From a virus (taxonomy: Duplodnaviria; Caudoviricetes), in IMG/VR virus record IMGVR_UViG_3300047282_000191, positions 1 through 64,000 of that record: a stretch of DNA of 64,000 bases, one strand, 5' to 3'. The stretch's first letter is position 1; every line of letters starts with the position of its first letter. Below, piece by piece: positions 46,801-55,695 of the stretch. The position numbers and the translations under genes are program-made. The notes under the pieces are model-generated. The model saw nothing but the letters and a program-made list of their open reading frames with translations. It searched no databases and had not been told where the DNA came from.

Positions 46801-47327
46801 GGTAATACACCAGAACCTGATGCAATCCAATCTCCGCGATTGTTTAGACCTTCAACGAAAGGTCTCCATATAGTAACATCAGATGTTGGTGTAACGTTAT
46901 CATTTGCTTCTAGTGCATAATAAGTATAACCGCCGTATGAAACTACGTCGCCAATTTGATATTCTACTGCTGGATCCCAAGATTCTTCTACTTCAACACC
47001 TTTTGCGAAGATGTCCCAGTAACTTGGGTTTAGTGTTGCGGTTGCGGTGTGTGCTGTTGTACAGATGTATGATGATCCACCATATGCAACGATGTCGTTT
47101 ACTTTATAGTATGTTGCATTTGTGTATACGTTTTTCCATTCAAAGCCATCGTTCATTAATTGCCATTTGGCAGAATCTGCGTATAATGTTGCCGCAGCCA
47201 CGTGTCCTTGTACGCACACATATGATTTTCCGCCGTGTCGTACGATGTCATCTTTCACATACGTAGCAGCAGTCGTCCATGCGCCTTTCCATACGAATTT
47301 AAGTCTACCTAATTTAAACTCTGCCAT
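43860..47327 (-). CDS. Long tail-fibre-like protein with N-terminal W/Y-GG carbohydrate-binding-type repeats
   Basis: MAEFKLGRLKFVWKGAW; repeated Y..GD.V.YGG..Y.C; internal duplication; C-terminal PTPQANKTDVVVFTL. Confidence 0.8.
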   Translation of the reverse strand: MAEFKLGRLKFVWKGAWTTAATYVKDDIVRHGGKSYVCVQGHVAAATLYADSAKWQLMNDGFEWKNVYTNATYYKVNDIVAYGGSSYICTTAHTATATLNPSYWDIFAKGVEVEESWDPAVEYQIGDVVSYGGYTYYALEANDNVTPTSDVTIWRPFVEGLNNRGDWIASGSGVLPYKTGDLVRYGGNQYLCTADATTETPYDTGHWELFSEGLEWSGNWTSGTAYKLNQLVKQGTSTHICIQAHTASSGNSPAADTTNTYWQVLADGSASAVVTTRGDIIYRDSSGATRLPIAALGSSHTDHDGSTHQSQPILVVNPAGTEPEWSLTAHLAAETIHLQDHVIIGETAGTSASASIFIGEDAQLYLQDDHQYAGYVGLTDVKFLAVSDVDAFGQIALKNINDGPAASTDLICYTDDGDNDSGWIDMGITSSGFDITSGYGITDVHDGYLFMNAPVGSTGPGNLVIATGENGVEKDIVFVTGGFDPTTNTDAEKMRIIGESRSGAVFTGSIADNVLTVTAIASGGPIIFDGTKTITGTGVVNGTTISSQLTGTAGGVGTYTVDQRQTLTSRTITQQKDPAGIEVYINTASYNPFTGALRVQGGVGLQGNLNLDGEIQAYGGAIYQGRDGEVTAKQLTQDDTVYAGYVGLTDASAVFTGHADSFVQVALKNFNSGTGASTDMIVYSSNGDNDSGWMDMGITSENYNDPTFTVTGPSTGYIFMSAPAGTSSTGNMLIGTDNTGTQNDIVFFTNGFDAGNEKLRIIGAARAGHAEGVEIYANTEATSVTTGALRIDGGVGLQGNLYVGGNVNITGAISIGGAGSSLETSTLAVSDPMIKMGTGNSTDTVDLGFYGIHSSQATTINIVGGISASATTITVTSTAAFGSTGHLYIESEEITYTGKTATTFTGCTRGANSTTAATHANGKVVFQPKFSGLVRDASDGVFKLFTGLDELAPLSTVNFSGTGLTYGDLRVGGLTLTGDIAVNGGDITTTSTGTVTLFNTNATTVNAFGAATTVNIGAATGTTTINNNLQVGGITNVESIVELMDSKTSATGTVTHDFAVTDVFYHSSISANFTANFTNVPTTSGRIMSVTLVLAQGSTGYLPTAVQINSASQTIRWAGNTQPTPQANKTDVVVFTLIRTSAGAWVVLGQMSSYG

Positions 47328-47363
47328 TTGTTATTTCCTTTGAATTGCAGTTAAATGCTATTA

Positions 47364-48152
47364 TTAATCGTCGTAACCTATCCAAGTACCGGTATTAGAG
47401 AATGTTGTTATATTCGTGTATCCTCTAAATACATTTGCGTATTGGCTATTGAATACGCCAGCCTTCATAAGTCCAGTGTTTGTAAATGATTCAACCGTAG
47501 TTTCTATAAGTATTGCATATCCGTTATACCTATTAACCACAGGATCATTTTGTAAATTACCATTGCAACCTATAATATTACCATTATTTATGATGCTTAC
47601 ACCATTCTTAAATTGTTTATCAATAGTCAATGCTGGTTTAGTTGGATGTGTAGATCCAATGTTTCCATTAATCGTAACTATCGCTTCAGATAAACCATTC
47701 CATCCCATAGAAATCAACTTATCATATAAATTAATGTTATAATTTTCACCAACAATAGTGAATGTTTGTTGGTGACCCGTCGGGATTTGAATATCTTCTA
47801 CTTCTGATAATTGTAGTTTACTTGTATCTAAAGTAAAATTGCCATCTGAATCGATGTAGTATGTTTGTTCGGCATTCACCCATTTCCACTGCTCATACTT
47901 AACATCCGCAGAACTAAATGATAGTTCGTGATCTTCGCCTCTACCATTAAAAAAATCATCACCGAGTTGATAATCATCAAAAGCAGCTGGGACTTCTTCT
48001 CCAAATAATTGAAAATCTGCATTCGGATCAGCATCACTTACTTTAAGTAAGTATAAATCGCCATCCTCTGTACGTCTAAGCGCATACAAGTAAGTGGCAG
48101 AAGGGTTATTGTATTCTTCTACAGATTTGCCTAAGATATATGGAGTAGTCAT
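47364..48152 (-). CDS. Hypothetical virion-associated protein
   Basis: YLYALRRTEDGDLY and YEQWKW..YYIDSDG; ORF track. Confidence 0.7.
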   Translation of the reverse strand: MTTPYILGKSVEEYNNPSATYLYALRRTEDGDLYLLKVSDADPNADFQLFGEEVPAAFDDYQLGDDFFNGRGEDHELSFSSADVKYEQWKWVNAEQTYYIDSDGNFTLDTSKLQLSEVEDIQIPTGHQQTFTIVGENYNINLYDKLISMGWNGLSEAIVTINGNIGSTHPTKPALTIDKQFKNGVSIINNGNIIGCNGNLQNDPVVNRYNGYAILIETTVESFTNTGLMKAGVFNSQYANVFRGYTNITTFSNTGTWIGYDD

Positions 48153-48159
48153 ATTAACC

Positions 48160-48501
48160 TTATGAGTATGTTATAACAACTAAACTGAATATTACATCTA
48201 ATCCATCAGTCGTATCACATACTATGCTTACAGTATTAGATGGAGCTAAAAGTAATTTTTCTCCACCATTGATAATCCTAGCACTACTTTGTGGTGCTAT
48301 CTCTAAATCTTTAATATAGTGTCCTTTTACAGATGTAGCATCTGTAAGATACACTGAAGCTTTTACAATGTTATTAGTAACATTTGCTAAGCTTAAACCA
48401 ACACATGCTCCTTTTTGTGAAGGACTTGTGGAAATAAGAGTTTGTTCAGTCTTACCTAAATTTTTTATTACTTTGTTTGTAATATTACTTACTGATGCCA
48501 T
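48160..48501 (-). CDS. Small beta-rich structural protein candidate
   Basis: VGLSLANVT and INGGEKLLLAP. Confidence 0.7.
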   Translation of the reverse strand: MASVSNITNKVIKNLGKTEQTLISTSPSQKGACVGLSLANVTNNIVKASVYLTDATSVKGHYIKDLEIAPQSSARIINGGEKLLLAPSNTVSIVCDTTDGLDVIFSLVVITYS

Positions 48502-48504
48502 GTC

Positions 48505-48768
48505 TTATCCAAAAATAATAGATTGAACCAATGCAATTTCTTCTGCACCAGCTTGTGTAACTGATTCGCCGACTTGAGCTACGTTTTGCCATTCTGTGCC
48601 ATTATAGATTTCACATACTTCTGAATCATCACTGTAGCGCATAGTTCCTTTTATAGGAGCAGCAGGTCTTTCAAAACCAGTCCCATAAGGAATGACGAAT
48701 GATCGCCCTGGTGCGTTATCAACGATAAAATCGTCTTTGATTGTGAATGCTTTATTAGTCGTTGTCAT
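48505..48768 (-). CDS. Small fibre-associated protein
   Basis: IPYGTGFERP..GTMRY..EIYNGTEW motif, also present in the 49480-50865 protein. Confidence 0.7.
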   Translation of the reverse strand: MTTTNKAFTIKDDFIVDNAPGRSFVIPYGTGFERPAAPIKGTMRYSDDSEVCEIYNGTEWQNVAQVGESVTQAGAEEIALVQSIIFG

Positions 48769-48775
48769 ATTATTC

Positions 48776-48783
48776 TATTTATA
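48776..48783 (-). promoter_or_regulatory. T4-type late promoter
   Basis: TATAAATA just upstream of the 48768 start. Confidence 0.65.
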
Positions 48784-49285
48784 ATTGCTGCATGACGCGG
48801 ACAAATTTAGCTTGATAATTAGTATTGGAAGCCAGAGGAGTGCTTGTAATTTTTAGCCTCAATTGTCCACTCATAATATCAACAGTAACAGTTGCTATTT
48901 CACCATTGGTGTCTATTACACCGTATCTTGTAACAAAGGCATCAACTCCATTTGTAATAGCAATGACTTCCATCGCTTGATAATAGGGTTGTGCTGTTGC
49001 TCCACTACTTTGTATTTCAACGAAATATTTTGCTGTCTTATATAATGTGACATCAAATGAATCTAATACAATTGTAGTTTCAGTCGCATGATTCCACCCC
49101 TTAGCATTTGATTCCAATATGCCAAATGGGATACCTTCAACGACTTCTTCACCATCAGCTACACGAGTATAAAGTTTACGATTATATGTGTTAATAGCAA
49201 CTTCGCCTTCATACAAGACTGTACCATCAGGCACAGCATCCTGAGTATTATTTCTACGAAGTTGAACTATTGTACCGTTTGTCAT
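48779..49285 (-). CDS. Virion structural protein candidate
   Basis: IVQLRR..LYEGEVAINT..KLY N-terminus; YKTAKYFVEI..YGVIDT C-terminal module. Confidence 0.7.
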   Translation of the reverse strand: MTNGTIVQLRRNNTQDAVPDGTVLYEGEVAINTYNRKLYTRVADGEEVVEGIPFGILESNAKGWNHATETTIVLDSFDVTLYKTAKYFVEIQSSGATAQPYYQAMEVIAITNGVDAFVTRYGVIDTNGEIATVTVDIMSGQLRLKITSTPLASNTNYQAKFVRVMQQL

Positions 49286-49458
49286 TATTCTTTAACTTCT
49301 TCTTTTTCTTTTTCACTGGCTTCTAAGACAGCTATTCTATCTTGAGCAACAGCTAATTGTGTCTCTAATAAGATGACTTTATTCATCAGATCAGCGATCG
49401 CTCGTTGCTGACGCTCTACAAACTTATTCACAAATTCTTGACTTGCTTCAATTGCCAT
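49285..49458 (-). CDS. Small coiled-coil protein (57 aa, MAIEASQEFVNKFVERQQ...)
   Basis: Hand translation; AAGGA upstream; TAATG overlap with the next gene; not in ORF track. Confidence 0.7.
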   Translation of the reverse strand: MAIEASQEFVNKFVERQQRAIADLMNKVILLETQLAVAQDRIAVLEASEKEKEEVKE

Positions 49459-49479
49459 AATATATCCTTAATAATTTAA

Positions 49480-50865
49480 TTAATATGTGCCACAATCAAT
49501 ATGCGAGAATACTGGAAGACCAGATGCATTCATCTGTAATACTTGGCCAGTTGTATCACCGCCGTTATATAAGCTAGTACCATCACCAGTAATAAAGCCA
49601 GTATCACCATTTACATCAACCCAAGGCACTGCATTAGCAGTAAATGTTGAGAATGATAGTTCTGTTAATAATGCGTTGCCAAAGCGAACATCTGATGCGG
49701 TACCAGAGAAGGTATCGTTCGTATTTGTTGCATCTTCAATGAATGTAAAGCGATTTGCTGATGTGTCATAACCAAAGAAACCAGACTTAGCAGATGTACC
49801 ATTATGCCATCTAAATTCCAAACCTTTATCTAAACCGTCTGGAGCAGTGAGTGCAGTCTCTTCACCAGATGAATTAGATTGCATACCTAAAATGAGGGTA
49901 GGATTATTCGATTGGACTGATGCTGAAGATACTGTTGTTGTAGTACCTTTGATTGTTAAGTTACCTTCAATAACAACAGAACCAGTATTTGAAGCACCTG
50001 TACTTGGATCTAAATAAAGAATGTCAGTACCAAATGTAGAGATCTTGTTGTTTAAGATCTGTGTACCGACTGGTGTTGCTGCTGTCAAGTCAGCTGAGAA
50101 TTTTGATGAACCGTTGCTGTCAACACGCAATCTTTCAAGACCATCGGTGAACATACGTAATTGGTTATTGTTGGAACCAGGAGAATTTTCTGGAGAAACA
50201 TATGTGTTACCATCAATATCTTGTAAACGAGAACCGATAGCGTTCCATGCAATACCGTCATAACCTTCGAACACGTTTGTTGTTGTGTTGAAGCGGAACA
50301 TACCTGCAAGAGGTGATGCATCACGAGTTGCTGTATTACCAACAGGAACTCTGATAGAGTTCGTACTAGATATCTGTAAGTAACCAGTACCAGATGGTTC
50401 AATAAAGATTTTTCCATCTGTTCTTGAAGAGCTGATGGTATCAACGTTGATGTTAGTTAAGTCAACGTCAGAATTAAAACTAATTGTACCTGTACCGTTA
50501 GCTTGAAGGTTTAAATCACCGTTAGTTTCTGTAACAGATAATGTATTACCATCTAAACGAAGGTTATCAATGTTAAGTTGATTGACTTTACTATTAGAAT
50601 CGGTAATAATTGCAGAATTTGGACTTAGGACGCCGTTCTCATGATCCAACATGTCCATAAAATATTTACCGCCGATATGAACGATATCAGTGGCTTCACC
50701 GGCAACTTCAGTACCTGTACCAATGTATAGGCGATCTCCGCCGTTAGTGCTTACAACACCTTGAATTGGTAATTGTTGTAAGTAAGAATATGCTAACTCA
50801 CCAGTAGCAAGTGTACTTGGAACTCCACTTGTACCCGAGTTTTTAATTTTAATAATGGTTGCCAT
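49480..50865 (-). CDS. Tail-fibre-like protein
   Basis: MATIIKIKNS..LATGELAYSY; RVPVGNTATR..GMFRFNT..FEGYDGIAW; ends IDCGTY. Confidence 0.8.
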   Translation of the reverse strand: MATIIKIKNSGTSGVPSTLATGELAYSYLQQLPIQGVVSTNGGDRLYIGTGTEVAGEATDIVHIGGKYFMDMLDHENGVLSPNSAIITDSNSKVNQLNIDNLRLDGNTLSVTETNGDLNLQANGTGTISFNSDVDLTNINVDTISSSRTDGKIFIEPSGTGYLQISSTNSIRVPVGNTATRDASPLAGMFRFNTTTNVFEGYDGIAWNAIGSRLQDIDGNTYVSPENSPGSNNNQLRMFTDGLERLRVDSNGSSKFSADLTAATPVGTQILNNKISTFGTDILYLDPSTGASNTGSVVIEGNLTIKGTTTTVSSASVQSNNPTLILGMQSNSSGEETALTAPDGLDKGLEFRWHNGTSAKSGFFGYDTSANRFTFIEDATNTNDTFSGTASDVRFGNALLTELSFSTFTANAVPWVDVNGDTGFITGDGTSLYNGGDTTGQVLQMNASGLPVFSHIDCGTY

Positions 50866-50868
50866 GGT

Positions 50869-51096
50869 TTAGTACTTTCCTCCGATGATTTTAACCTTTG
50901 ATCTTGGGTGATCAACCGTAGCTGTTAGTTTAAATTTTGCAGTATCAGCATCATATATCATCATTGCTCCATCTTCCAATTCTGTAGCATCAATATCATT
51001 TAAGTCTAATAAGTTAAGTGACGTAATACCTAAAGCAAATGTACGTACTGTAACTGGTGTATCAAGTTTAATCTTTGATCTTAATGCGGTAGACAT
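50869..51096 (-). CDS. Small structural protein candidate
   Basis: LLDLNDID..LEDGAMMIYDA; ends IIGGKY. Confidence 0.7.
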   Translation of the reverse strand: MSTALRSKIKLDTPVTVRTFALGITSLNLLDLNDIDATELEDGAMMIYDADTAKFKLTATVDHPRSKVKIIGGKY

Positions 51097-51107
51097 CTAC
51101 AAATCCC

Positions 51108-51443
51108 TTAAGGTCGAGTTGCTCTTGGTGTTACTGTTACTTGCCCTTCAACGACTCGGATAACTGTACCCAAGGTCGAATGGACTATTTCTATATCATA
51201 AACATAACGACCGTCTCGCATAGCACTTGTTTGTGCTGCAGTTAATGTCAACTTTACTTCGCCCTGGTTGGTTGTCTTTGCACAACCAATATTCACTGCG
51301 GTAGAAGATGTATATGTTTTTCTAATTTGACCACGAACTGTATACGGACCAAGATCAATGGGCGTACCAATAGAATCTTCGATATCCAATGTGGCCACAA
51401 AGTCTGAGCCTTGGTCTATAACTAGGTTAACTAACTGAGACAT
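51108..51443 (-). CDS. BppU-like Ig-fold structural protein
   Basis: NLVIDQGSDF, GQIRK and GRYVYDIEI..RVVEGQVTVTP. Confidence 0.75.
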   Translation of the reverse strand: MSQLVNLVIDQGSDFVATLDIEDSIGTPIDLGPYTVRGQIRKTYTSSTAVNIGCAKTTNQGEVKLTLTAAQTSAMRDGRYVYDIEIVHSTLGTVIRVVEGQVTVTPRATRP

Positions 51444-51478
51444 TTATAGCAAAATCCAAAAAAGAGTTATTCTGGCTT

Positions 51479-51486
51479 TATTTATA
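51479..51486 (-). promoter_or_regulatory. T4-type late promoter
   Basis: TATAAATA overlapping the DUF3050 stop, upstream of the structural gene run. Confidence 0.7.
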
Positions 51487-52237
51487 TGAGTTGCGATTCT
51501 ATGTCATCAAATAATTTAATTCTGGCTTTAATGGCTTTAATTGCGGCTTGTTCAGCCTCGTGAATTAAGAATGGATCATCTTTACAAAAATAATTAACCA
51601 AATGCTCTGACATGGGTCCATGGCTATCTCCATCGACCTGTATATGTCTTTCTAAGTAATAATGAAACTTAGGAGCATCAGTTTCTGATATATCGATCTG
51701 TTTAAGTAACCTTTTAAACATTGCTGGAATTACTGACTCTCTACCATAACAAAATGAAGCTGCGGCACAATGAGGTCCCATGTTTATAGCATCAAAAGTA
51801 GTTTTTACAAAATCCATAGAGGCTTTTGGAACATACTCACATTCTATATGTGAATTGAACTTACTAACGGCATCCAGGTAATTTCTAACGGGCATTGTAT
51901 CAGCACCTACTTCCATCATTGCCTGTAAATATAAGTCAAAATGGCTTATAGATGATTTACCATCTGGAGATATATCAGACTCTTCACAAAGAACTATCTC
52001 ATTGATCATCCTAGCAATATCAGATCTTGTGCCAGGAGTTGGTAGCCATATATTACTAGTTGGCACTACATTGTGTTGTATAGTTTTTAATAGACTCATG
52101 AAATCCCATACCGCAAAGACGTGGTATTTCATGAAGATTCTAAGATCTTCAATAGATTGTATAGTATTAGTTACAAGAAGAGAATGATTCTCAAGCTGAG
52201 ATCGGTGCTCTTGTATCTTCTTTAGGTCTAATTTCAT
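51482..52237 (-). CDS. DUF3050 heme-oxygenase-like (diiron oxidase-type) protein
   Basis: FMKYHVFAVWDFMSLLK, EESD, HFDLYL.AM, FCYGRE..IP.MF and YYLERHIQVDGDSHGP. Confidence 0.85.
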   Translation of the reverse strand: MKLDLKKIQEHRSQLENHSLLVTNTIQSIEDLRIFMKYHVFAVWDFMSLLKTIQHNVVPTSNIWLPTPGTRSDIARMINEIVLCEESDISPDGKSSISHFDLYLQAMMEVGADTMPVRNYLDAVSKFNSHIECEYVPKASMDFVKTTFDAINMGPHCAAASFCYGRESVIPAMFKRLLKQIDISETDAPKFHYYLERHIQVDGDSHGPMSEHLVNYFCKDDPFLIHEAEQAAIKAIKARIKLFDDIESQLI

Positions 52238-53522
52238 TTAATCCAGTTTCTAATAATTCTATAGGTTCATTAAACAATAATGAGAATGCGTTTTGTTGGA
52301 TAGCAGAATACCAAATCTTTTCTACTCTACAATTATGCAAAAATACTTCATCAGGAAACTTAATAGGACAACTAGACTTACAAAGTCTTCTAACTGGACA
52401 TGTATAACAATGCTCGTGTTTTCTATCTAAATCTAATTGTATGATCTTAACACTCTTGATATCTTTGATATGACCTCCTTTAAATTTCTCAGAGGTGTGT
52501 GGGCATAACCTAACTTGTCCCATGATATCCATAGAAAGAATGTCAGCAGCATCAGCTCCACAATTTGAAGTCATTGTGATGGGTATTTGATGTCGAGTTA
52601 AAGCAGCATACTTAAGAACACCAGCATCTCCATCAATGACATTAGAGTTTAAGATACGATCTCCACCCTCTCTCAATTGTTTGATAGCAGCTTTAATATA
52701 GTCATTAACTATCTTTTTAAACTTGGGTAAATCATCGCCTTTGATGACATGCTCAGCTGAGTTTTTAGAGTCTGTATCATCATAAACTCGTGCAGGAATA
52801 TAACTAATCCTTGCATGTTTTAATCCCAATTTATCTTTTATAGCTTTAAAATAATCATTAATTTCAAAGAGATCGAAGTTTGTAGCAGAAACTACAGGAT
52901 TAAAACTATATTGCACTTTAGGACTCATGTCATCAAATTGTTTGATGACATCTACAACACTCTTTCTACCAAAGATATCTTCACCACGAAGTCTTTCATG
53001 TCCTGGACCATCATGTGAAATACCCATCATGACGCTTGCTGTTAAAGTCTTAAAGAAGTCAACATGCTTTTGCCTCAACGGAGATGCGTTTGTAGAAATG
53101 TAGAAGTGACGTCCTGGCCCATCAAGTAACTTCATGATTGGCACCATGTCATTCCAGTATAGAAACGGTTCACCGCCCCAAAGTTCGATACGTTCTAAGT
53201 TTTCTAAGTCAAGATACTTGTTTATGGATTCTACAAATGATTCAAGCCAGAAGTTTTGTGGTCTCTCATCTGGATTACCAATATCTTTTTGCATACAATA
53301 TGTGCATGAATAGTTACATGCATGTCCTAAAAGGATTCGTAATGCAGTTGGCTTATTTGTCTTGTGTTGTACACCAAAGTTATGTTGTACATTTTCAAAG
53401 AATTCATAACCTTCTTTGGGAGGCAAAGATAGGATCTCGCCTTTATCATTATGAAGACTGTTATCCAAGTTTCTATAATAGAATACTTTACCAGATTGTG
53501 TTTGAAATTTACTAAAGCTCAT
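52191..53522 (-). CDS. Radical SAM/SPASM protein
   Basis: CNYSCTYC, WGGEPF and ISHDG; SPASM CG...GQVRLCPH..CYTCPVRRLCKSSCP; likely start MSFSKF by ATGA overlap. Confidence 0.92.
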   Translation of the reverse strand: MSFSKFQTQSGKVFYYRNLDNSLHNDKGEILSLPPKEGYEFFENVQHNFGVQHKTNKPTALRILLGHACNYSCTYCMQKDIGNPDERPQNFWLESFVESINKYLDLENLERIELWGGEPFLYWNDMVPIMKLLDGPGRHFYISTNASPLRQKHVDFFKTLTASVMMGISHDGPGHERLRGEDIFGRKSVVDVIKQFDDMSPKVQYSFNPVVSATNFDLFEINDYFKAIKDKLGLKHARISYIPARVYDDTDSKNSAEHVIKGDDLPKFKKIVNDYIKAAIKQLREGGDRILNSNVIDGDAGVLKYAALTRHQIPITMTSNCGADAADILSMDIMGQVRLCPHTSEKFKGGHIKDIKSVKIIQLDLDRKHEHCYTCPVRRLCKSSCPIKFPDEVFLHNCRVEKIWYSAIQQNAFSLLFNEPIELLETGLNEIRPKEDTRAPISA

Positions 53523-54580
53523 TTTATGCCTATAATTGGTACGATATTGCCGCAATTAGGCTTGACTAAACCAAATTTAGTCTTCGCCCATCCATTTTCT
53601 AATAATTTATAACAGTATTTACTATATGGCGGGATCATCAATCCTGGGATAAAATTAAAATTGCGATTGATATTATAATCAGCAACAAGATTGAAATATT
53701 TTTTAAATTTAGGATTCTTCGTCCTATTCGCCCATTTGCTATATGCTTTTTGTTTACCAAGTAAAAGATCTGTTAAGAATGCTTCTCTATCAAAGCTATC
53801 TTGTACTTGATGAAATGCTTCTTCGTTTAAATCACTTGCGTCATCACTAGAATAATACCAACGATCAAAATAAAGATGCACAGATTCCCTATAAATCTGC
53901 ATTAAACCCTGTTCATCGCTATCGACCCAAGTTGTTTGTTCTTGCGCCCATTCATGTTCTAATACTTCTCTTTGACCTAAGAAATTATGGTGAACAATGT
54001 TATCCATATTATGTTTATTTGCAAGTTCAATATATGGTGTAAATAACTCAGGATATCCATCATCTATAAACTTAAGTTTTAAGATAGGAGACTTATCATT
54101 CAACCGTTCTAATGCATCAATTAATTTCTTTGGATTTACTGATTTTAAAAACGTTGAACTAATGCTAATATTAGCTAAAGATTTAAATTTAATGGTGTCT
54201 AATATTTTTGCTGTTCTAAAAATAGCATTATCTGTAAAACAATATTCTAAGTTATGGGCATTCTCTTGATACCATCTATATGCATCCGGATAGTTTAATT
54301 TCAGAAAAAGCATATCATCGTTAGTACGAACTACTAAGAAATGAGAGAATACCTCTTGCCACATATCTTCATGTTTTTGTGTTATCTTTGGGAAGTATGT
54401 GTTTAAGTTTGGCTTAATACCTTTAAAATTTTTATCGATATAACATATCTTGCAACCAGCAGCGCAATAATATCTTGTACCCAAACTAAAATAGACATCA
54501 TAGTTAACTGGATGTAATGCATCTTGTGTTAACCAGTACTCGTGTAGATTCTCGGCTTTTTCAAAATCTTCAGTTATCAT
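53519..54580 (-). CDS. Divergent radical SAM-like protein
   Basis: CAAGCKIC (CxxxCxxC) near the N-terminus; no recognisable GGEP or SPASM cysteines. Confidence 0.65.
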   Translation of the reverse strand: MITEDFEKAENLHEYWLTQDALHPVNYDVYFSLGTRYYCAAGCKICYIDKNFKGIKPNLNTYFPKITQKHEDMWQEVFSHFLVVRTNDDMLFLKLNYPDAYRWYQENAHNLEYCFTDNAIFRTAKILDTIKFKSLANISISSTFLKSVNPKKLIDALERLNDKSPILKLKFIDDGYPELFTPYIELANKHNMDNIVHHNFLGQREVLEHEWAQEQTTWVDSDEQGLMQIYRESVHLYFDRWYYSSDDASDLNEEAFHQVQDSFDREAFLTDLLLGKQKAYSKWANRTKNPKFKKYFNLVADYNINRNFNFIPGLMIPPYSKYCYKLLENGWAKTKFGLVKPNCGNIVPIIGIK

Positions 54581-55695
54581 ATATTCACCTTGAATTGATT
54601 ATCTATACCAATCCTATGGAACAATGTTTTTTCTTTCTTAAGCTCTGCATTGTGCATTATAGCAGTATCAACGAACTTATAGAAATCTTTACAACTTCCT
54701 TCAGGTTGTTTATCAAATAACTTATAAAGGTATTTTAAACCACAACTTGCTTTTTGTTGACATTTGAGACATGATTCATTAACTCTACCTTCATCGCCTC
54801 GAGGTTGCCAAACTTCGACTCCATCTTGCCATTTGCCTATGCGTGTATTCTCAACTTTATATTCTAAGAAATCAAATTCTGGATACAAATAACCGTCAGG
54901 AGATAATATTAGTTTATTATGTTCTGCAAAATATGCTTTATCAATCTTGTCATAATTACCATCAATGAAAATATTTAATTTCTTAATGTATAATATTTGA
55001 ATAAACTCAAGAAATGCACCAAAGAATTGCGGCAAGTTTATTCGATCTATGATAACATCAAATTTCTCTTCGCCGCGGTGATGTCTAAGGGGGATAATGT
55101 TTACAGTCTTACATCCAGTGTTGTAACACGTATCTACTATAGATTGTATATTTTCAAACGAGAATGCTCGTCTATCTTCAACAGGCAAGACATACTGCCA
55201 TTTCCAATCAAAACAATGCTGATTTAATACTTCAGCCATTTCTATAACATTTAGTTTATCGCGATTCTCTTCTTGGAACATAAAATCATAACTAATAGTT
55301 GCACCAAGTTTACCAGAATACTTTTCAAATATATGCTTGTTCTCTTTAACTAAAGAACCATTGGTTGTCATTCCTACCTTCCAACCATTGCGCTCGGCGA
55401 TAGGCATCAACCATTCTAGGCATTGTTCCATGCGTTTTGCAAATAATAGCGGTTCACCACCATGGAAAGATACCCATTCAACTTTATTTTCTTGTCTTTC
55501 TGCCCACAAGAAAAACTCTTGCAACTCTTGAGTTGTATTGCCGTTTAAGGATTGACCACCAAGAGATTCTATATAACCTCGATCACAATATACGCAATCA
55601 AAGTTGCACTTGTTTCCAAGATAGATGATAAGCATCTTAACATTATTAAGAGGCTTTTCTCTCTTATTGTAAAAGTTTATAGCTGATTGCATCAT
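54577..55695 (-). CDS. Radical SAM protein with partial SPASM domain
   Basis: CNFDCVYC, FHGGEPLL and TTNG; C-terminal CLKCQQKASC..C. Confidence 0.92.
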   Translation of the reverse strand: MMQSAINFYNKREKPLNNVKMLIIYLGNKCNFDCVYCDRGYIESLGGQSLNGNTTQELQEFFLWAERQENKVEWVSFHGGEPLLFAKRMEQCLEWLMPIAERNGWKVGMTTNGSLVKENKHIFEKYSGKLGATISYDFMFQEENRDKLNVIEMAEVLNQHCFDWKWQYVLPVEDRRAFSFENIQSIVDTCYNTGCKTVNIIPLRHHRGEEKFDVIIDRINLPQFFGAFLEFIQILYIKKLNIFIDGNYDKIDKAYFAEHNKLILSPDGYLYPEFDFLEYKVENTRIGKWQDGVEVWQPRGDEGRVNESCLKCQQKASCGLKYLYKLFDKQPEGSCKDFYKFVDTAIMHNAELKKEKTLFHRIGIDNQFKVNI

